64,000 nt of DNA from Macrostomum lignano (lineage: Eukaryota). Each line of letters opens with the position of its first letter. Position 1 is the first letter of the stretch. A program made the translations under genes and the position numbers. The stretch covers positions 124,001-188,000 of the forward strand of contig NIVC01000240.1 in the NCBI GenBank assembly GCA_002269645.1, read 5' to 3'. The notes below the pieces were generated by a model, which saw nothing but the letters and a program-made list of their open reading frames with translations, was not told the DNA's origin and did no database searches. Shown in pieces: positions 1-12,082 of this stretch.

Positions 1-2628
1 TTCCATAAGCGCCAAAGCTACTTCAAGGGGCGCCAGTTCCATATGCGCCAAAGCTACTTCAAGGGGCGCCAGTTCCATAAGCGCCAAAGCTACTTCAAGG
101 GGCGCCAGTTCCATAAGCGCCAAAGCTACTTCAAGTGGAACCAGTTCCATAAGCGCCAAAGCTACTTCAAGGGGCGCCAGTTCCATAAGCGCCAAAGCTA
201 CTTCAAGTGGAACCAGTTCCATAAGCGCCAAAGCTACTTCAAGGGGCGCCAGTTCCATATGCGCCAAAGCTACTTCAAGGGGCGCCAGTTCCATAAGCGC
301 CAAAGCTACTTCAAGGGGCGCCAGTTCCATAAGCGCCAAAGCGACTTCAAGGGGAGCCAGTTCCATAAGCGCCAAAGCTACTTCAAGGGGCGCCAGTTCC
401 ATAAGCGCCAAAGCTACTTCAAGTGGAACCAGTTCCATAAGCGCCAAAGCTACTTCAAGGGGCGCCAGTTCCATAAGCGCCAAAGCTACTGCAACGGTCG
501 TCAGTTCCATATGCGCCAAAGCTACTGCAAGGGGCGCCAGTTCCAAAAGCGCCAAAGCTACTACAAGGGGAGCCAGTTCCATAAGCGCCAAAGCTACTGC
601 AAGGGGCGCCAGTTCCATAAGCGTCAAAGCTACTGCAAGGGGCGCCAGTTCCATATGCGCCAAAGCTACTACAAGGGGAGCCAGTTCCATAAGCGCCAAA
701 GATACTGCAACGGTCGTCAGTTCCATATGCGCCAAAGCTACTGCAACGGTCGTCAGTTCCATATGCGCCAAAGCTACTGCAAGGGGCGCCAGTTCCATAA
801 GCGCCAAAGCTACTTCAAGGGGCGCCAGTTCCATAAGCGCCAAAGCTACTTCAAGTGGAACCAGTTCCATAAGCGCCAAAGCTACTGCAAGGGGCGCCAG
901 TTCCATAAGCGCCAAAGCTACTTCAAGTGGAACCAGTTCCATAAGCGCCAAAGCTACTTCAAGGGGCGCCAGTTCCATAAGCGCCAAAGCTACTTCAAGG
1001 GGCGCCAGTTCCATAAGCGCCAAAGCTACTTCAAGGGGCGCCAGTTCCATAAGCGCCAAAGCGACTTCAAGTGGAACCAGTTCCATAAGCGCCAAAGCTA
1101 CTTCAAGGGGCGCCAGTTCCATAAGCGCCAAAGCTACTTCAAGTGGAACCAGTTCCATAAGCGCCAAAGCTACTTCAAGGGGCGCCAGTTCCATAAGCGC
1201 CAAAGCTACTACAAGGGGCGCCAGTTCCATAAGCGCCAAAGCTACTGCAACGGTTGTCAGTTCCATATGCGCCAAAGCTACTGCAAGGGGCGCCAGTTCC
1301 ATAAGCGCCAAAGCTACTACAAGGGGAGCCAGTTCCATAAGCGCCAAAGCTACTGCAAGGGGCGCCAGTTCCATAAGCGTCAAAGCTACTGCAAGGGGCG
1401 CCAGTTCCATATGCGCCAAAGCTACTGCAACGGTCGTCAGTTCCATAAGCGCCAAAGCTACTGCAACGGTCGTCAGTTCCATATGCGCCAAAGCTACTGC
1501 AACGGTCGTCAGTTCCATATGCGCCAAAGCTACTTCAAGGGGCGCCAGTTCCATAAGCGCCAAAGCTACTTCAAGGGGCGCCAGTTCCATAAGCGCCAAA
1601 GCTACTTTAAGTGGAACCAGTTCCATAAGCGCCAAAGCTACTGCAAGGGGCGCCAGTTCCATAAGCGCCAAAGCTACTTCAAGTGGAACCAGTTCCATAA
1701 GCGCCAAAGCTACTGCAAGGGGCGCCAGTTCCATAAGCGCCAAAGCTACTTCAAGTGGAACCAGTTCCATAAGCGCCAAAGCTACTTCAAGGGGCGCCAG
1801 TTCCATATGCGCCAAAGCTACTTCAAGGGGCGCCAGTTCCAAAAGCGCCAAAGCTACTTCAAGGGGCGCCAGTTCCATAAGCGCCAAAGCTACTTCAAGT
1901 GGAACCAGTTCCATAAGCGCCAAAGCTACTTCAAGGGGCGCCAGTTCCATAAGCGCCAAAGCTACTTCAAGTGGAACCAGTTCCATAAGCGCCAAAGCTA
2001 CTTCAAGGGGCGCCAGTTCCATATGCGCCAAAGCTACTACAAGGGGCGCCAGTTTCATAAGCGCCAAAGCTACTGCAACGGTCGTCAGTTCCATATGCGC
2101 CAAAGCTACTGCAAGGGGAGCCAGTTCCATATGCGCCAAAGCTACTACAAGGGGAGCCAGTTCCATAAGCGCCAAAGCTACTGCAAGGGGCGCCAGTTCC
2201 ATAAGCGCCAAAGCTACTGCAAGGGGCGCCAGTTCCATATGCGCCAAAGCTACTACAAGGGGAGCCAGTTCCATAAGCGCCAAAGCTACTTCAAGGGGCG
2301 CCAGTTCCATAAGCGCCAAAGCTACTGCAACGGTCGTCAGTTCCATATGCGCCAAAGCTACTGCAACGGTCGTCAGTTCCATATGCGCCAAAGCTACTGC
2401 AACGTTCGTCAGTTCCATATGCGCCAAAGCTACTGCAACGGTCGTCAGTTCCATATGCGCCAAAGCTACTGCAACGGTCGTCAGTTCCATATGCGCCAAA
2501 GCTACTGCAACGGTCGTCAGTTCCATATGCGCCAAAGCTACTGCAACGGTCGTCAGTTCCATAAGCGCCAAAGCTACTGCAACGGTCGTCAGTTCCATAT
2601 GCGCCAAAGCTACTGCAAGGGGCGCCAT
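1..2628. repeat. 36-bp minisatellite, about 73 units, truncated by the window start
   Basis: Unit ttccataagcgccaaagctacttcaaggggcgccag with block variants (tgcaacggtcgt, aagtggaac, tacaaggggagc). Explains the 900-aa 12-residue-repeat ORF. Confidence 0.97.
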
Positions 2629-3163
2629 CACTTTTTCCAGCCGATCTGGGGTTGCGGCTTCGCCCTGCCTCTGATTCTAGCAGAGCTGCAGCTCTCTCTA
2701 TCCATTCAGCGTAAATTTCTAACTGGATTAAGTCAAATTGGCTAATTGCCACGCGGAGGTTGTTTCGGGTAAAACTTCACCCACTGTAATTTATGCCAAC
2801 TATAAAATAAAGTTGAAAAAAAATCAATTTCGTTAATGAATTTCTAGGCAAATTTTGTGACCCTGACTAAAAATTTCCATTTTTCCTCATCTCCAGTGGA
2901 GACTGATTGATATTTTTGTGACAGCAGAAAATCCAATGCCGCTTATCTGCAATCCCAGTGACCGCTAATCAATTGAATTGTCTGAATTGGCTTCATAGGC
3001 GAGTTGAGCAACTGTGACATTCTAACCATCGATCTAACCTAAGCATACGTCACTCCAAAATGGGATCTTGCTTGCCATCTTCAACCAAGTGGGACGGACT
3101 CCAGCATTGCGTTTACCCTGGAGGGCGCAAAGTTTCAAGGTAAAGAAGCCTCGACTAATAATT

Positions 3164-3860
3164 CCCTTGCTTGCACTCATCTAGATACCCTTGCACTCAT
3201 CTAGACACCCTTGCACTCATCTACGACTAGATCCCTTGCACTCATCTAGACACCCTTGCACTCATCTTGACACCCTTGCACTCATCTTGACACCCTTGCA
3301 CTCATCTAGACACCCTTGCACTCATCTAGATACCCTTGCACTCATCTAGATACCCTTGCACTCATCTAGATACCCTTGCACTCATCTAGATAGTCTTTCA
3401 CTCATCTAGATACTCTTTTACTCATCTAGACACCCTTGCACTCATCTAGACACCCTTGCACTCATCTAGACACCCTTGCACTCATCTAGATACCCTTGCA
3501 CTCATCTAGATACTCTTTCACTCATCTAGATACTCTTTCACTCATCTAGATACTCTTTCACTCATCTAGATACTCTTTCACTCATCTAGATACCCTTGCA
3601 CTCATCTAGACACCCTTGCACTCATCTAGACACCCTTGCACTCATCTAGATACCCTTGCACTCATCTAGATACTCTTTCACTCATCTAGATACCCTTGCA
3701 CTCATCTAGATACCCTTGCACTCATCTAGATACCCTCGCACTCATCTAGATACTCTTTCCCTCGTCTAGATACCCTTGCACTCATCTGATACTCTTGCAC
3801 TCATTTAGACACCATTGCAGTCATCTAGACACCCTTGAACACATCTAGTTACCCTTGCAC
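3164..3860. repeat. 20-bp minisatellite
   Basis: Unit cccttgcactcatctagata (variant tactctttca), about 34 copies, degenerate at both ends. Confidence 0.95.
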
Positions 3861-6800
3861 TGCTCTACATGTGTGTACCCTTTATTTTTGTTACCGAAAA
3901 AAATAAGCAAGAAATATTTGCAAGCAAATGCAAAGGTAACTTTATCAATAGATAGCTCTTATTTCTGGATTTTGTTTGCTAAAAACTAACGGCAAAGCAG
4001 AAATACAAAATCTCTCGTGCCTTTACCCGAACAATGCGGCAAGCAGAAACATGCTCTACTAGTGTTCCTTGTTCGGAAATTAGATTAGCGCTCCCGAAAG
4101 CCAAAACCAAAAGGTGCCGAAAGTTACCTAATTGCCAAGAGAGCGAGTGGAAGTCAGTGCGATACAGTATAAGATTAGAAAAGGAGTGCGTGCTGCTATC
4201 AATCTTACACTGCAGATCGAACACAGTTTGTCAACACAGTTTGGTGGCGCCATGCTGCTGATCTGAGCGAGACCGAGCCCTAGCGAGGAAAATTACTTTC
4301 GCGAAAATATTGAGAAGAGAAGTGTTACTATGAGGCTCCCGGTCTGAAGAGCTTCAACACACTGGCATCTCTGGTAGACATCGACTAGGCAAAACCCCCG
4401 TCGCCGGGCTCATTTCCCAGCTGCCTCTCATCCCTCATCAAACTAGAAAGCATCAGTCAGCATTATGCGATAGCGAGGAAAATCTCGCGGACATCAGAAC
4501 TGGCTGGCTTTAGAGCCGGGACGGCTCTGGGATGAAGAGAAGGGGATCGGCATCCTCGCAGCCCATCTGCCGCTTTATCCCTAAGCCCTTTTTCGTACCG
4601 TCAGAATCGGTTACTAGGATCAAATTACAGGGAAAAGAAGCAAAGCAAAAGGATGGAGAGGAGGCTCGCTAGAGAAATGCACTGATAGAACCAAAGCCAG
4701 ACTGAAATCGGTCGAGTTGGGATCGCCCAAAGCTCCGGCAAGTTTCCGCGATTCCCATTACGCACTGCCCCCCCCCCACCAGCCTTCCAAAGTCCAAACC
4801 GACAAGACACCCCGCAAACATTTCCCAATCTTACACTTTCCTCTAAAAGCTGGCAGAAAGCGGCTGGGGTGCAGGCAGTGGGCTGAAGGGTCGGATAGAA
4901 GGGAGTTCGAGACACGAACAGGGTGAAATGCCAATGCTGATTACTCCGGTGCCGCCTACACCCGATGCTCCTATTCAAGGTTTGTCGGCGATATTGTTGC
5001 GCGCGCTGGCCATTTTATTCGCGCCAATCAATTTCTTGCTTCCGCTAAGTTCAGAGCGGCGGCGAGTTCAACTTTCAGTAGAGTGGTGGTCAGCTGTTCC
5101 ACGTTTCTAGCGAAGCTTTTAACTATCCGTGGTGGCTGCAACGAAAGGCCGCAAAACTCAAAATGGTCAAAGTGGTAAAAAATATAAGAAGCATATATAG
5201 TCAGAGTAACATGGGGTGATAATTCTAACAATCTCTGGCGTGTTCAGTGTGTTCACAACGAATCCGAATGTCAACGCAGTTATCCGTGCACTCTGCTATC
5301 CGACCCAGATTCATGGGCTGCCGTCCCCAATAATCCCTGCGCATCCTATCACCTGCGTCAGTGACAGGCGGGACAGCTAGGGTGGGGCGGCAAGTTGGGG
5401 ATTAGGGAACAGGAAAAGGAAAGGACAATTCGGCCCTCAGACCCTGTAGCCAGCAGGCAGGCAATCTTTATCTATCTATTGAACACGGGCGGCCTGCGCT
5501 GCACGCCTAACAACTGCGACTGTGCTGTGCCCCTCTCCAGTCTCTCTTGCCGCCTCTCCTCTTCTCCCAGCTCCCATTCTTAATCCCCATCGCCCTCCTA
5601 CTTGAAACCGGCTGCCATTTTCGAGGCCACGGGCTAAAGGCTAAGAATAGAAAACTCTGGCTGCCCCAATCTTCTTCTTTCAGCTTCTTCGCCGAAGGGA
5701 AAGTGTAGAAAAAACGAGGGCAAGGTTGGCCTTTGGATAGATTCAGCTTTTTCTCTAATTCCGAGCGCAGTCTGCTCGCCCCCTCCTCTCCTCTGAGGAG
5801 ATTTGAGAGCGAATTCAATTCTGGCGGCAATCGAAGAGACAGGGGGAGGAGGTGCAGGGATGCGATGGCTGCAGTTATTACGACTGCATAATTGTTAGCA
5901 ACAGACGGACTTTTATCGAGGGCCCGGCGCAGTGGAGCTTCTTGATTAATATTTTTAGGCTGGCTAGAAAGATATTACAGGCTGGATGAGTTTCTAATAA
6001 AAGCTGCAGCCTCTCGTGAGTTCCCTCGCTGAGTACGTTTTGCCCATATCATTAAAGGATTTCGCGAGCAAGCCGTAAGACTCAGTAAGACTTTCTTCAT
6101 CCTGTCAAGGAAGTTTTACAGCTGCTGTCTGCGCGCATCGGGTATTTGTTAAAGGAGTTACTGAAAGTAGTACGCATCTATTTTGTCTTCGTCATTGCAT
6201 CGAGCTTTTGATTCAAACACTTTGATCCGTTTTTGCCATTCAAAATTTCACTATGATTTATGGCAGACGGACCCACCACAACCTTTGTATGAAATGGTTT
6301 TAAAATCAGTATCATAAAAAGTGCTGCCCTAGAGGTTAGGGAATGGTTGAGCACCACTGTAAAACGAATGGTTTGTCACCGCTTGCTCGGGTCTAGGGTG
6401 GCAATTGTTAATGTTACTGTACACCATGCTTATAATAATCAGTGGATAAACCGACACAATTATTGTAGCTTTCTCTTCGCTAGATTAGACTCCAACTTAG
6501 AGTAGCGTCATTTTAACTTTATGAGCCCTCCGCTATGGTCAGGTGATCAGTTTCTTAAACATTGAACTACTTCTTAATTGGATTTCCCTGGGGGTTGTGC
6601 ATGCAGTGCGCTATTGAGGGCCAACCCCCCCCCCCTCCAAGGCACCAATTAGTGTACATTACCTGACTATGGTATTAATGTACAACCCCATAGTCTACCA
6701 GTTGTAAAACCCCTGGTGCATTTAATCACTTGTGTGTGTGAGCTGTGATCGACAGACGCAGAATTTGCGCCAGCACTAGCAGGCCCCAGAAAGATTGAAA

Positions 6801-7520
6801 AAACGCGTACATTATACGCTGACATGTACATAACGATGTCCAATACGGTCACGGGCAATTAGTGAGATTGTTGGTGCATGAAATGCAAGTTGGGCTTTGA
6901 GATAACAAAACAGATTGTTTAACATTCCAAAATTGTTTGCGCATTACTGGTGAGCTCATTAAAGAATTGTTACGCACGAATTCGCGAGAGAATCAGCCGC
7001 CAGGTAAGCTCCAGTTAAATTGCGGTTAATCTTTAATTTACCTTTGCTCACATTTTCTTAGTTAAATTTTTAATCGCTGTCAAATTTGTGAGCACACAAT
7101 TAGATGATTGGAGCCGTCTGGTCTGTTGATTAGATAAAAATTGTCCGACAGAAAAAGATTGGGGTTTGGCTCGAATGTTTCAATAGAAAAGAAGTGCAAA
7201 CACAGGTAGAAACTGCTCCACTTGAGCAGTAGAGGGCGCCAATTAGACATGCAAAGTTTATCTAGCCAAATTAGTAAGAAAGGCAAGTGACTGGTTCAGA
7301 ATAGTGAGAAACGCGAGCGAGTAGAACAGCCCTTGCATAAACCATCGATAAGGCGGTCTCACATGTTCGCTTGGCTGTGCGAGTTTTCGACGTTTTTATA
7401 AAGTTATTAACATTGCTTTAAATAGCTAGCTCTGCGGCTCGTGTTCCTTAAACAGAAAAATCTTATTTCTTTGACCATCTAGTGACCAAGAAAGACGGAC
7501 ACCAGTTCGTCCACCGCAAG

Positions 7521-10500
7521 ATGTCGTCGCCACCGGAGTCTCAAGACAAGGGCTTCTTCGGCTCGAAAAAGAAGACGAATAAAAAGTTGGGCTTCGGCAA
7601 CCTGCGATTTTTCGGCACCCGACTAACCACAAAGCGTCGCGATTCCACCACGCCCCAGGTGACGGAAGACAGGCCAGAAGCAGACGACAGGGAGCCAGAA
7701 ACTGAGAGGGCGGACTCCGATGCCGTGATCCAACCTGTAGAGACCCAACCCAACATAGCCGAACTGCTGTATCAAGCTATCATGGACGATGACATCGAGG
7801 CATTGAAACGTTTTGCCAATCCCAAGGTAATCGACTTGGAACTGCATGAAGCCATGCGTCTAAGCGACGTTGCAGCTGCTCTAAGCAAGATCAAACTGCT
7901 AGAGATTGCCCTAGATCAAGGGGCTGAGATTAATCGACCCAACACGGCCGGCTTCATACCGATACACTATGCGCTATCAGGACCCGATGTGGCCGGAACA
8001 GTGGCCTTCCTACTAGAGCAGGGCGCCAATCCAAACGTTGCACTACCCACCGGGGACTATTTGCTGCACAAAGCGTGCTCTGACAGCTCCACTGTGCTCC
8101 TTGAGCTACTATTAAGCCACGGCGCCGATGCCAGCCTGGTTGATCAGGCCCAGCTGACACCACTGCACCGAGCCTGCATAAACGACCTACAAGAACACGC
8201 AGGTCTCGTGCTGGGAGCAGCGCCAGAACTCATAAATGCTCAGGATGCTGACGGCAAGACGCCATTGCACATTGCAGTTGCCAATCAGAACATCACGCTA
8301 ATGAAGCTGCTGCTAGACCATGGTGCTACAGTCGATCGGGAAACTACGGACGGCCGTACCGCAATCGACGTCATGATGAGCAACAAGAATCGCGGCACGC
8401 TGCGCGAGCTGATTCGCCATTTTACCGATCGCGTGTCTTCTGACACTAAGGTGACCAAGCCGCAGGATCTCTACAGGAGCCGCGGCTTTCAGGAATTCCT
8501 GTGCTTGCTGCAGCTCATCGACTCGGAGAGCCGTCGTTGCTACTACAACACAGTCGGAGACCCAGCTGAAGAGATGAAGCTAGTCGACGAGTTGCTGGAT
8601 CTTGATGAGGAGAACCTACAGGATGTGATCGAGTTCCAAACTATTCTGATGGCTGCCCTGAAAACCAACGCGATTCACAGATACTCGGAAAATCGTGAGA
8701 TCATCGACACAATTGCAATCTTCACAACCAAGTACATCCTGTTTCGTGAGGATATTTCTGCACTTAATGATGTGATGAAATGTGGCGTTCTCTGGGACAG
8801 AGTGAGTGGGTTTCTTGAAGACCACATTTCTACTCTTTATAACAACACCAACAGGGATGCCAGCATTATAAGCAAGCAGTTTTACACCTGTTTTATGGAT
8901 TCGGGCACAGGTACGATAGGAGGTAAGCGGCAGGCATTTAATCTTCGCAAGCTCAACCAGCGGGTGGCCAAATGCATTGGCATGAGCCCCCCATCAGCCG
9001 GTGATGACGTTCGAGAGTCTGGCAAAGATACGCTGCAAATAAACAATCCAGTCGAGACGCTAGCTGTTTGGAGCATTCTTACTGGCAGGTTCAATCTGAC
9101 CCTTGCTTTCCTGCGAAAGACGCAGTTCGAAATCGTTCCTCTTTGCGTTTTGTCCGCCGGAATTCTTAGGAAGCTCAACACTGTCTTGGAAATTGATGCC
9201 TTGCAGCTGCCTGCCGTTACTGACCTTGCCGACCAGTGTGAACGCGTTGCCTGTGATGCACTCACCAAGGCAGTTCAAGTTGATATGAGTGAGGACAAGT
9301 GGGTGACCTACCAATACCTATTGCAGAGCATGCCGGAATTCGGAAATTTGAGCTGCATTCATCTAGCGGCTAACTGTCAGTGCGACTCCTTTCTTCGTTT
9401 GGACGTCTGTCAGAAGGCCATGGACATCACCTGGCAGCGCTTTCTTTGCAATATGAACCCTTGGCTGCGGGAATTCGCAGTCATCATGGGCATCATCCCA
9501 ATGAATCCTCTCTTGGCGATTCTCTTGTACGCTTATGACGGTGGCCGCGCTTCTTCACGGGTTGAACAACAGCAGCCGCAGCTGAAACAGAAGCAGAAGC
9601 AGAATGATGCAACCATTCAGGGCAGCATGGGAAGCAACGAGAGCTTCGCCTTGCATGAAGATACGGGACCGGCGACGACCATGTTTGACAACGACTTTAG
9701 CGGAGAGCGAATATTTGGCTCGAGGAAGTCTGTGAAAGCGAAGCTACAAATATTCATCGGCCTGCTGTACTGCTTCTACCACATCCCGAGTGTTAAGTTT
9801 CGCTACTTTACAATGAGTCACGTGACGCTGATTCTAATTATGTCCTACACTGTGTTGATTGACTTCAACTGGACAATTTCACCACTGGAGGTTTGTGCTT
9901 ACATAATCGCGTTAGGCTTCATCATCGAGGAGCTGCGAGAGCTCGGTCTGTCGCTTTGGCACGACAGCTTCCACGAGTATGGTTCAAACAAATGGAACAT
10001 AGTTGACGGCTTTGCGTGCCTCTTCATGATTACTGCCTTCATCCTTCGTCTTACAATGGCCTTGCGGGAGGAGACCCCGGAGACGTTTACCGAACTATTT
10101 GAGAATCATGTATGGTTCTGTGCCCGTTTCTTTTACGGGCTGGCCTGTCTTCTCATGTGGGTGAAGCTGCTCAACATTGCACGCGTGAATGCCTACTTTG
10201 GCCCGAAGCTCACCATGATGTCTACTATGATCATCAAAGACCTGCTGCCATTTCTATACATCCTATTCATCTATCTGTTTGGATTTGGCATCTTCATGAC
10301 GTCTTTAATGCATCCGAACGGTTTCTTTGCCTACAACCCAAACCAACTCAGCATGTCTGAAGTCGTCAGGCATGTGCTTCATATTTGCTTCTACAGTATG
10401 TTTGGCGAGTACCACCTAGACCAGATGACTGGAAGCGAATGCGCCCAGGTGTTTGAAGCTCGCCAAAACACAAGCCTCAACTGTCCGCACCCGGATGCTG

Positions 10501-11015
10501 TATTCGTCGTGCCCTACATCCTGCTACCGATTTACATAATCATCACCACCATCTTGCTTTTGAGCCTCATTGTTGCGCTCTTTTCCAAGACAATTGACGA
10601 GATCGATAGTAACAGTCGAGCTCTGTGGCAGTTCGAGAGGTTCGCCTTCGTCAACGAGTACGAGAACTATTCAGCCCTATCACCACCGCTCAACATTTTG
10701 GACGTATTGCGCGAACTTCTCGTCACCGGCCTCGGCCGTTGGGCACCGAGCAGCCCGGTGCGGGTCAAGATGGACCTGTTCGATCCGGATGTGTTGGTGC
10801 ACTACCTAATCAACCAGGCTATCGGATTGCGCAACGACAGGACCCGCTTAGGCCTAATGGTGGGCGAGGATGTTGGTCGCGAGGCTAGCGGCACTGGGAC
10901 ATCCAGCTCCGCTGCGAACCGGCTGAGCCGAGAAGAGCTGTTGGACGCGCTGACGATCCTCCTGGCAGACGCAAAAGGCCCCAGACCCTCGCTGCGGCCT
11001 ACAGGGATTTACTAA
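7521..11015 (+). CDS. TRP cation channel with N-terminal ankyrin repeats and a TRPM-type MHR3/4, TM and TRP-helix body; CDS intronless
   Basis: About 6 ankyrin repeats (e.g. GKTPLHIAVANQNITLMKLLLDHGA). TRPM-like motifs ETLAVWSILTGRFNL, FGNLSCIHLAANCQCDSF, KWNIVDGFAC, pore FYSMFGEY, S6-TRP LLLSLIVALFSKT...LWQFERF...SPPLNIL. First ATG at 7521; the track's GTG at 7482 overlaps a splice acceptor (ttctttgaccatctag), with a possible 5'UTR donor cag|gtaagc at 7004. Confidence 0.9.
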   Translation: MSSPPESQDKGFFGSKKKTNKKLGFGNLRFFGTRLTTKRRDSTTPQVTEDRPEADDREPETERADSDAVIQPVETQPNIAELLYQAIMDDDIEALKRFANPKVIDLELHEAMRLSDVAAALSKIKLLEIALDQGAEINRPNTAGFIPIHYALSGPDVAGTVAFLLEQGANPNVALPTGDYLLHKACSDSSTVLLELLLSHGADASLVDQAQLTPLHRACINDLQEHAGLVLGAAPELINAQDADGKTPLHIAVANQNITLMKLLLDHGATVDRETTDGRTAIDVMMSNKNRGTLRELIRHFTDRVSSDTKVTKPQDLYRSRGFQEFLCLLQLIDSESRRCYYNTVGDPAEEMKLVDELLDLDEENLQDVIEFQTILMAALKTNAIHRYSENREIIDTIAIFTTKYILFREDISALNDVMKCGVLWDRVSGFLEDHISTLYNNTNRDASIISKQFYTCFMDSGTGTIGGKRQAFNLRKLNQRVAKCIGMSPPSAGDDVRESGKDTLQINNPVETLAVWSILTGRFNLTLAFLRKTQFEIVPLCVLSAGILRKLNTVLEIDALQLPAVTDLADQCERVACDALTKAVQVDMSEDKWVTYQYLLQSMPEFGNLSCIHLAANCQCDSFLRLDVCQKAMDITWQRFLCNMNPWLREFAVIMGIIPMNPLLAILLYAYDGGRASSRVEQQQPQLKQKQKQNDATIQGSMGSNESFALHEDTGPATTMFDNDFSGERIFGSRKSVKAKLQIFIGLLYCFYHIPSVKFRYFTMSHVTLILIMSYTVLIDFNWTISPLEVCAYIIALGFIIEELRELGLSLWHDSFHEYGSNKWNIVDGFACLFMITAFILRLTMALREETPETFTELFENHVWFCARFFYGLACLLMWVKLLNIARVNAYFGPKLTMMSTMIIKDLLPFLYILFIYLFGFGIFMTSLMHPNGFFAYNPNQLSMSEVVRHVLHICFYSMFGEYHLDQMTGSECAQVFEARQNTSLNCPHPDAVFVVPYILLPIYIIITTILLLSLIVALFSKTIDEIDSNSRALWQFERFAFVNEYENYSALSPPLNILDVLRELLVTGLGRWAPSSPVRVKMDLFDPDVLVHYLINQAIGLRNDRTRLGLMVGEDVGREASGTGTSSSAANRLSREELLDALTILLADAKGPRPSLRPTGIY

Positions 11016-11453
11016 AATGTAGCTCGGCTGCTTTAGGTTTTTTGTTTTGTTGCATTAACGTTAAAACTTCTTTCTCTGGCTTATTTAATCATTGACCAAA
11101 TAATAGTTCGTTTCCCTTATTGCACCATTATTTCATTGGGACTTCTTGTAACCATGCGTTCCTTGACACTGGTAACATCGCATATAATAAGCCTCTAAAT
11201 AAGCGCATGCCATGTTTATTCGCAGACATTTGGACAACTGACAACGATGGCTTCAAGGGTTTCGGTAGTAATATATTGTGTTTTTTCAAGTTAAAAAACG
11301 GGATGTTCAAACAGAGAAGAAGCTCTCAGAGAAAGATACGAGCGTATGCATGATTTACAATACTGCTAGATAAGATGGCAAAACTTGCATGTGTTTTTTT
11401 GTTTAACCGCTTTTCAACCCTTATCAAACCTTCTCATCTCTGACCTTCATTTA

Positions 11454-11746
11454 GCTATGACGTACTTCCTATCCAAGCGTATAAATTGCTTGGTATGTTT
11501 ACTCAGATACTGTATCTGATTCGAATATTATGTGAAAATGTACGATTTTCATTTTTCTGTAATGCTTTCTTTTCCAAATTTGATTTGGAAATTAAAACGT
11601 ACTATGACGTACGGCTATGACGTACTTCCTATCCAAGCGTAAAAATTGCTTGGTATGTTTACTCAGATACTGTATCTGATTCGAATATTTTGTGAAAATG
11701 TACGATTTTCATTTTTCTGTAATGCTTTCTTTTCCAAATTTGATTT
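11454..11746. repeat. 133-bp direct duplication (11454-11586 and 11614-11746)
   Basis: gctatgacgtacttcctatccaagcg...ccaaatttgattt occurs twice with 2 visible mismatches. Confidence 0.9.
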
Positions 11747-12082
11747 TTACAACAAATCAATCGAATAAATATTTGTTACGCATTGTAGAAGTAACTTCAG
11801 AAATAAATTATTCAAAAAATTCCTCGACATTCATTCTAGGCATGGTGACTTTAGCGAAAATCAATAAAATAATGTAAAGGATTGAAGTGATAGGTGGAGG
11901 TCCAGACTTTGATATATATTATGAAATTTTGTTTAACGGACTAATTGTGAGGAAACTGGTTAAGAATACCAATCTTAATACGAGCGAGCTAATTGAAACC
12001 GTTAGTTTGTATAGAAATATAAATGACCTAATGTCACTTTCGAAGTCTATCAGTTACATTTAAATCAGTGTAGGTATTTCTT

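Noticed and set aside
43-2745. 900-aa RQSYFKGRQFHK ORF as a real gene
   Set aside because: Pure translation of the 36-bp array. Two other frames are equally open and variants do not favour one frame; kept only as a low-interest finding.
5960-6240. Possible decayed LTR gag on the minus strand (WQKRIKVFESKARCNDEDK...QRGNSREAAAFIR)
   Set aside because: Only an impressionistic resemblance, with several stops and no LTR, PBS or recognisable pol. Needs an HMM search.
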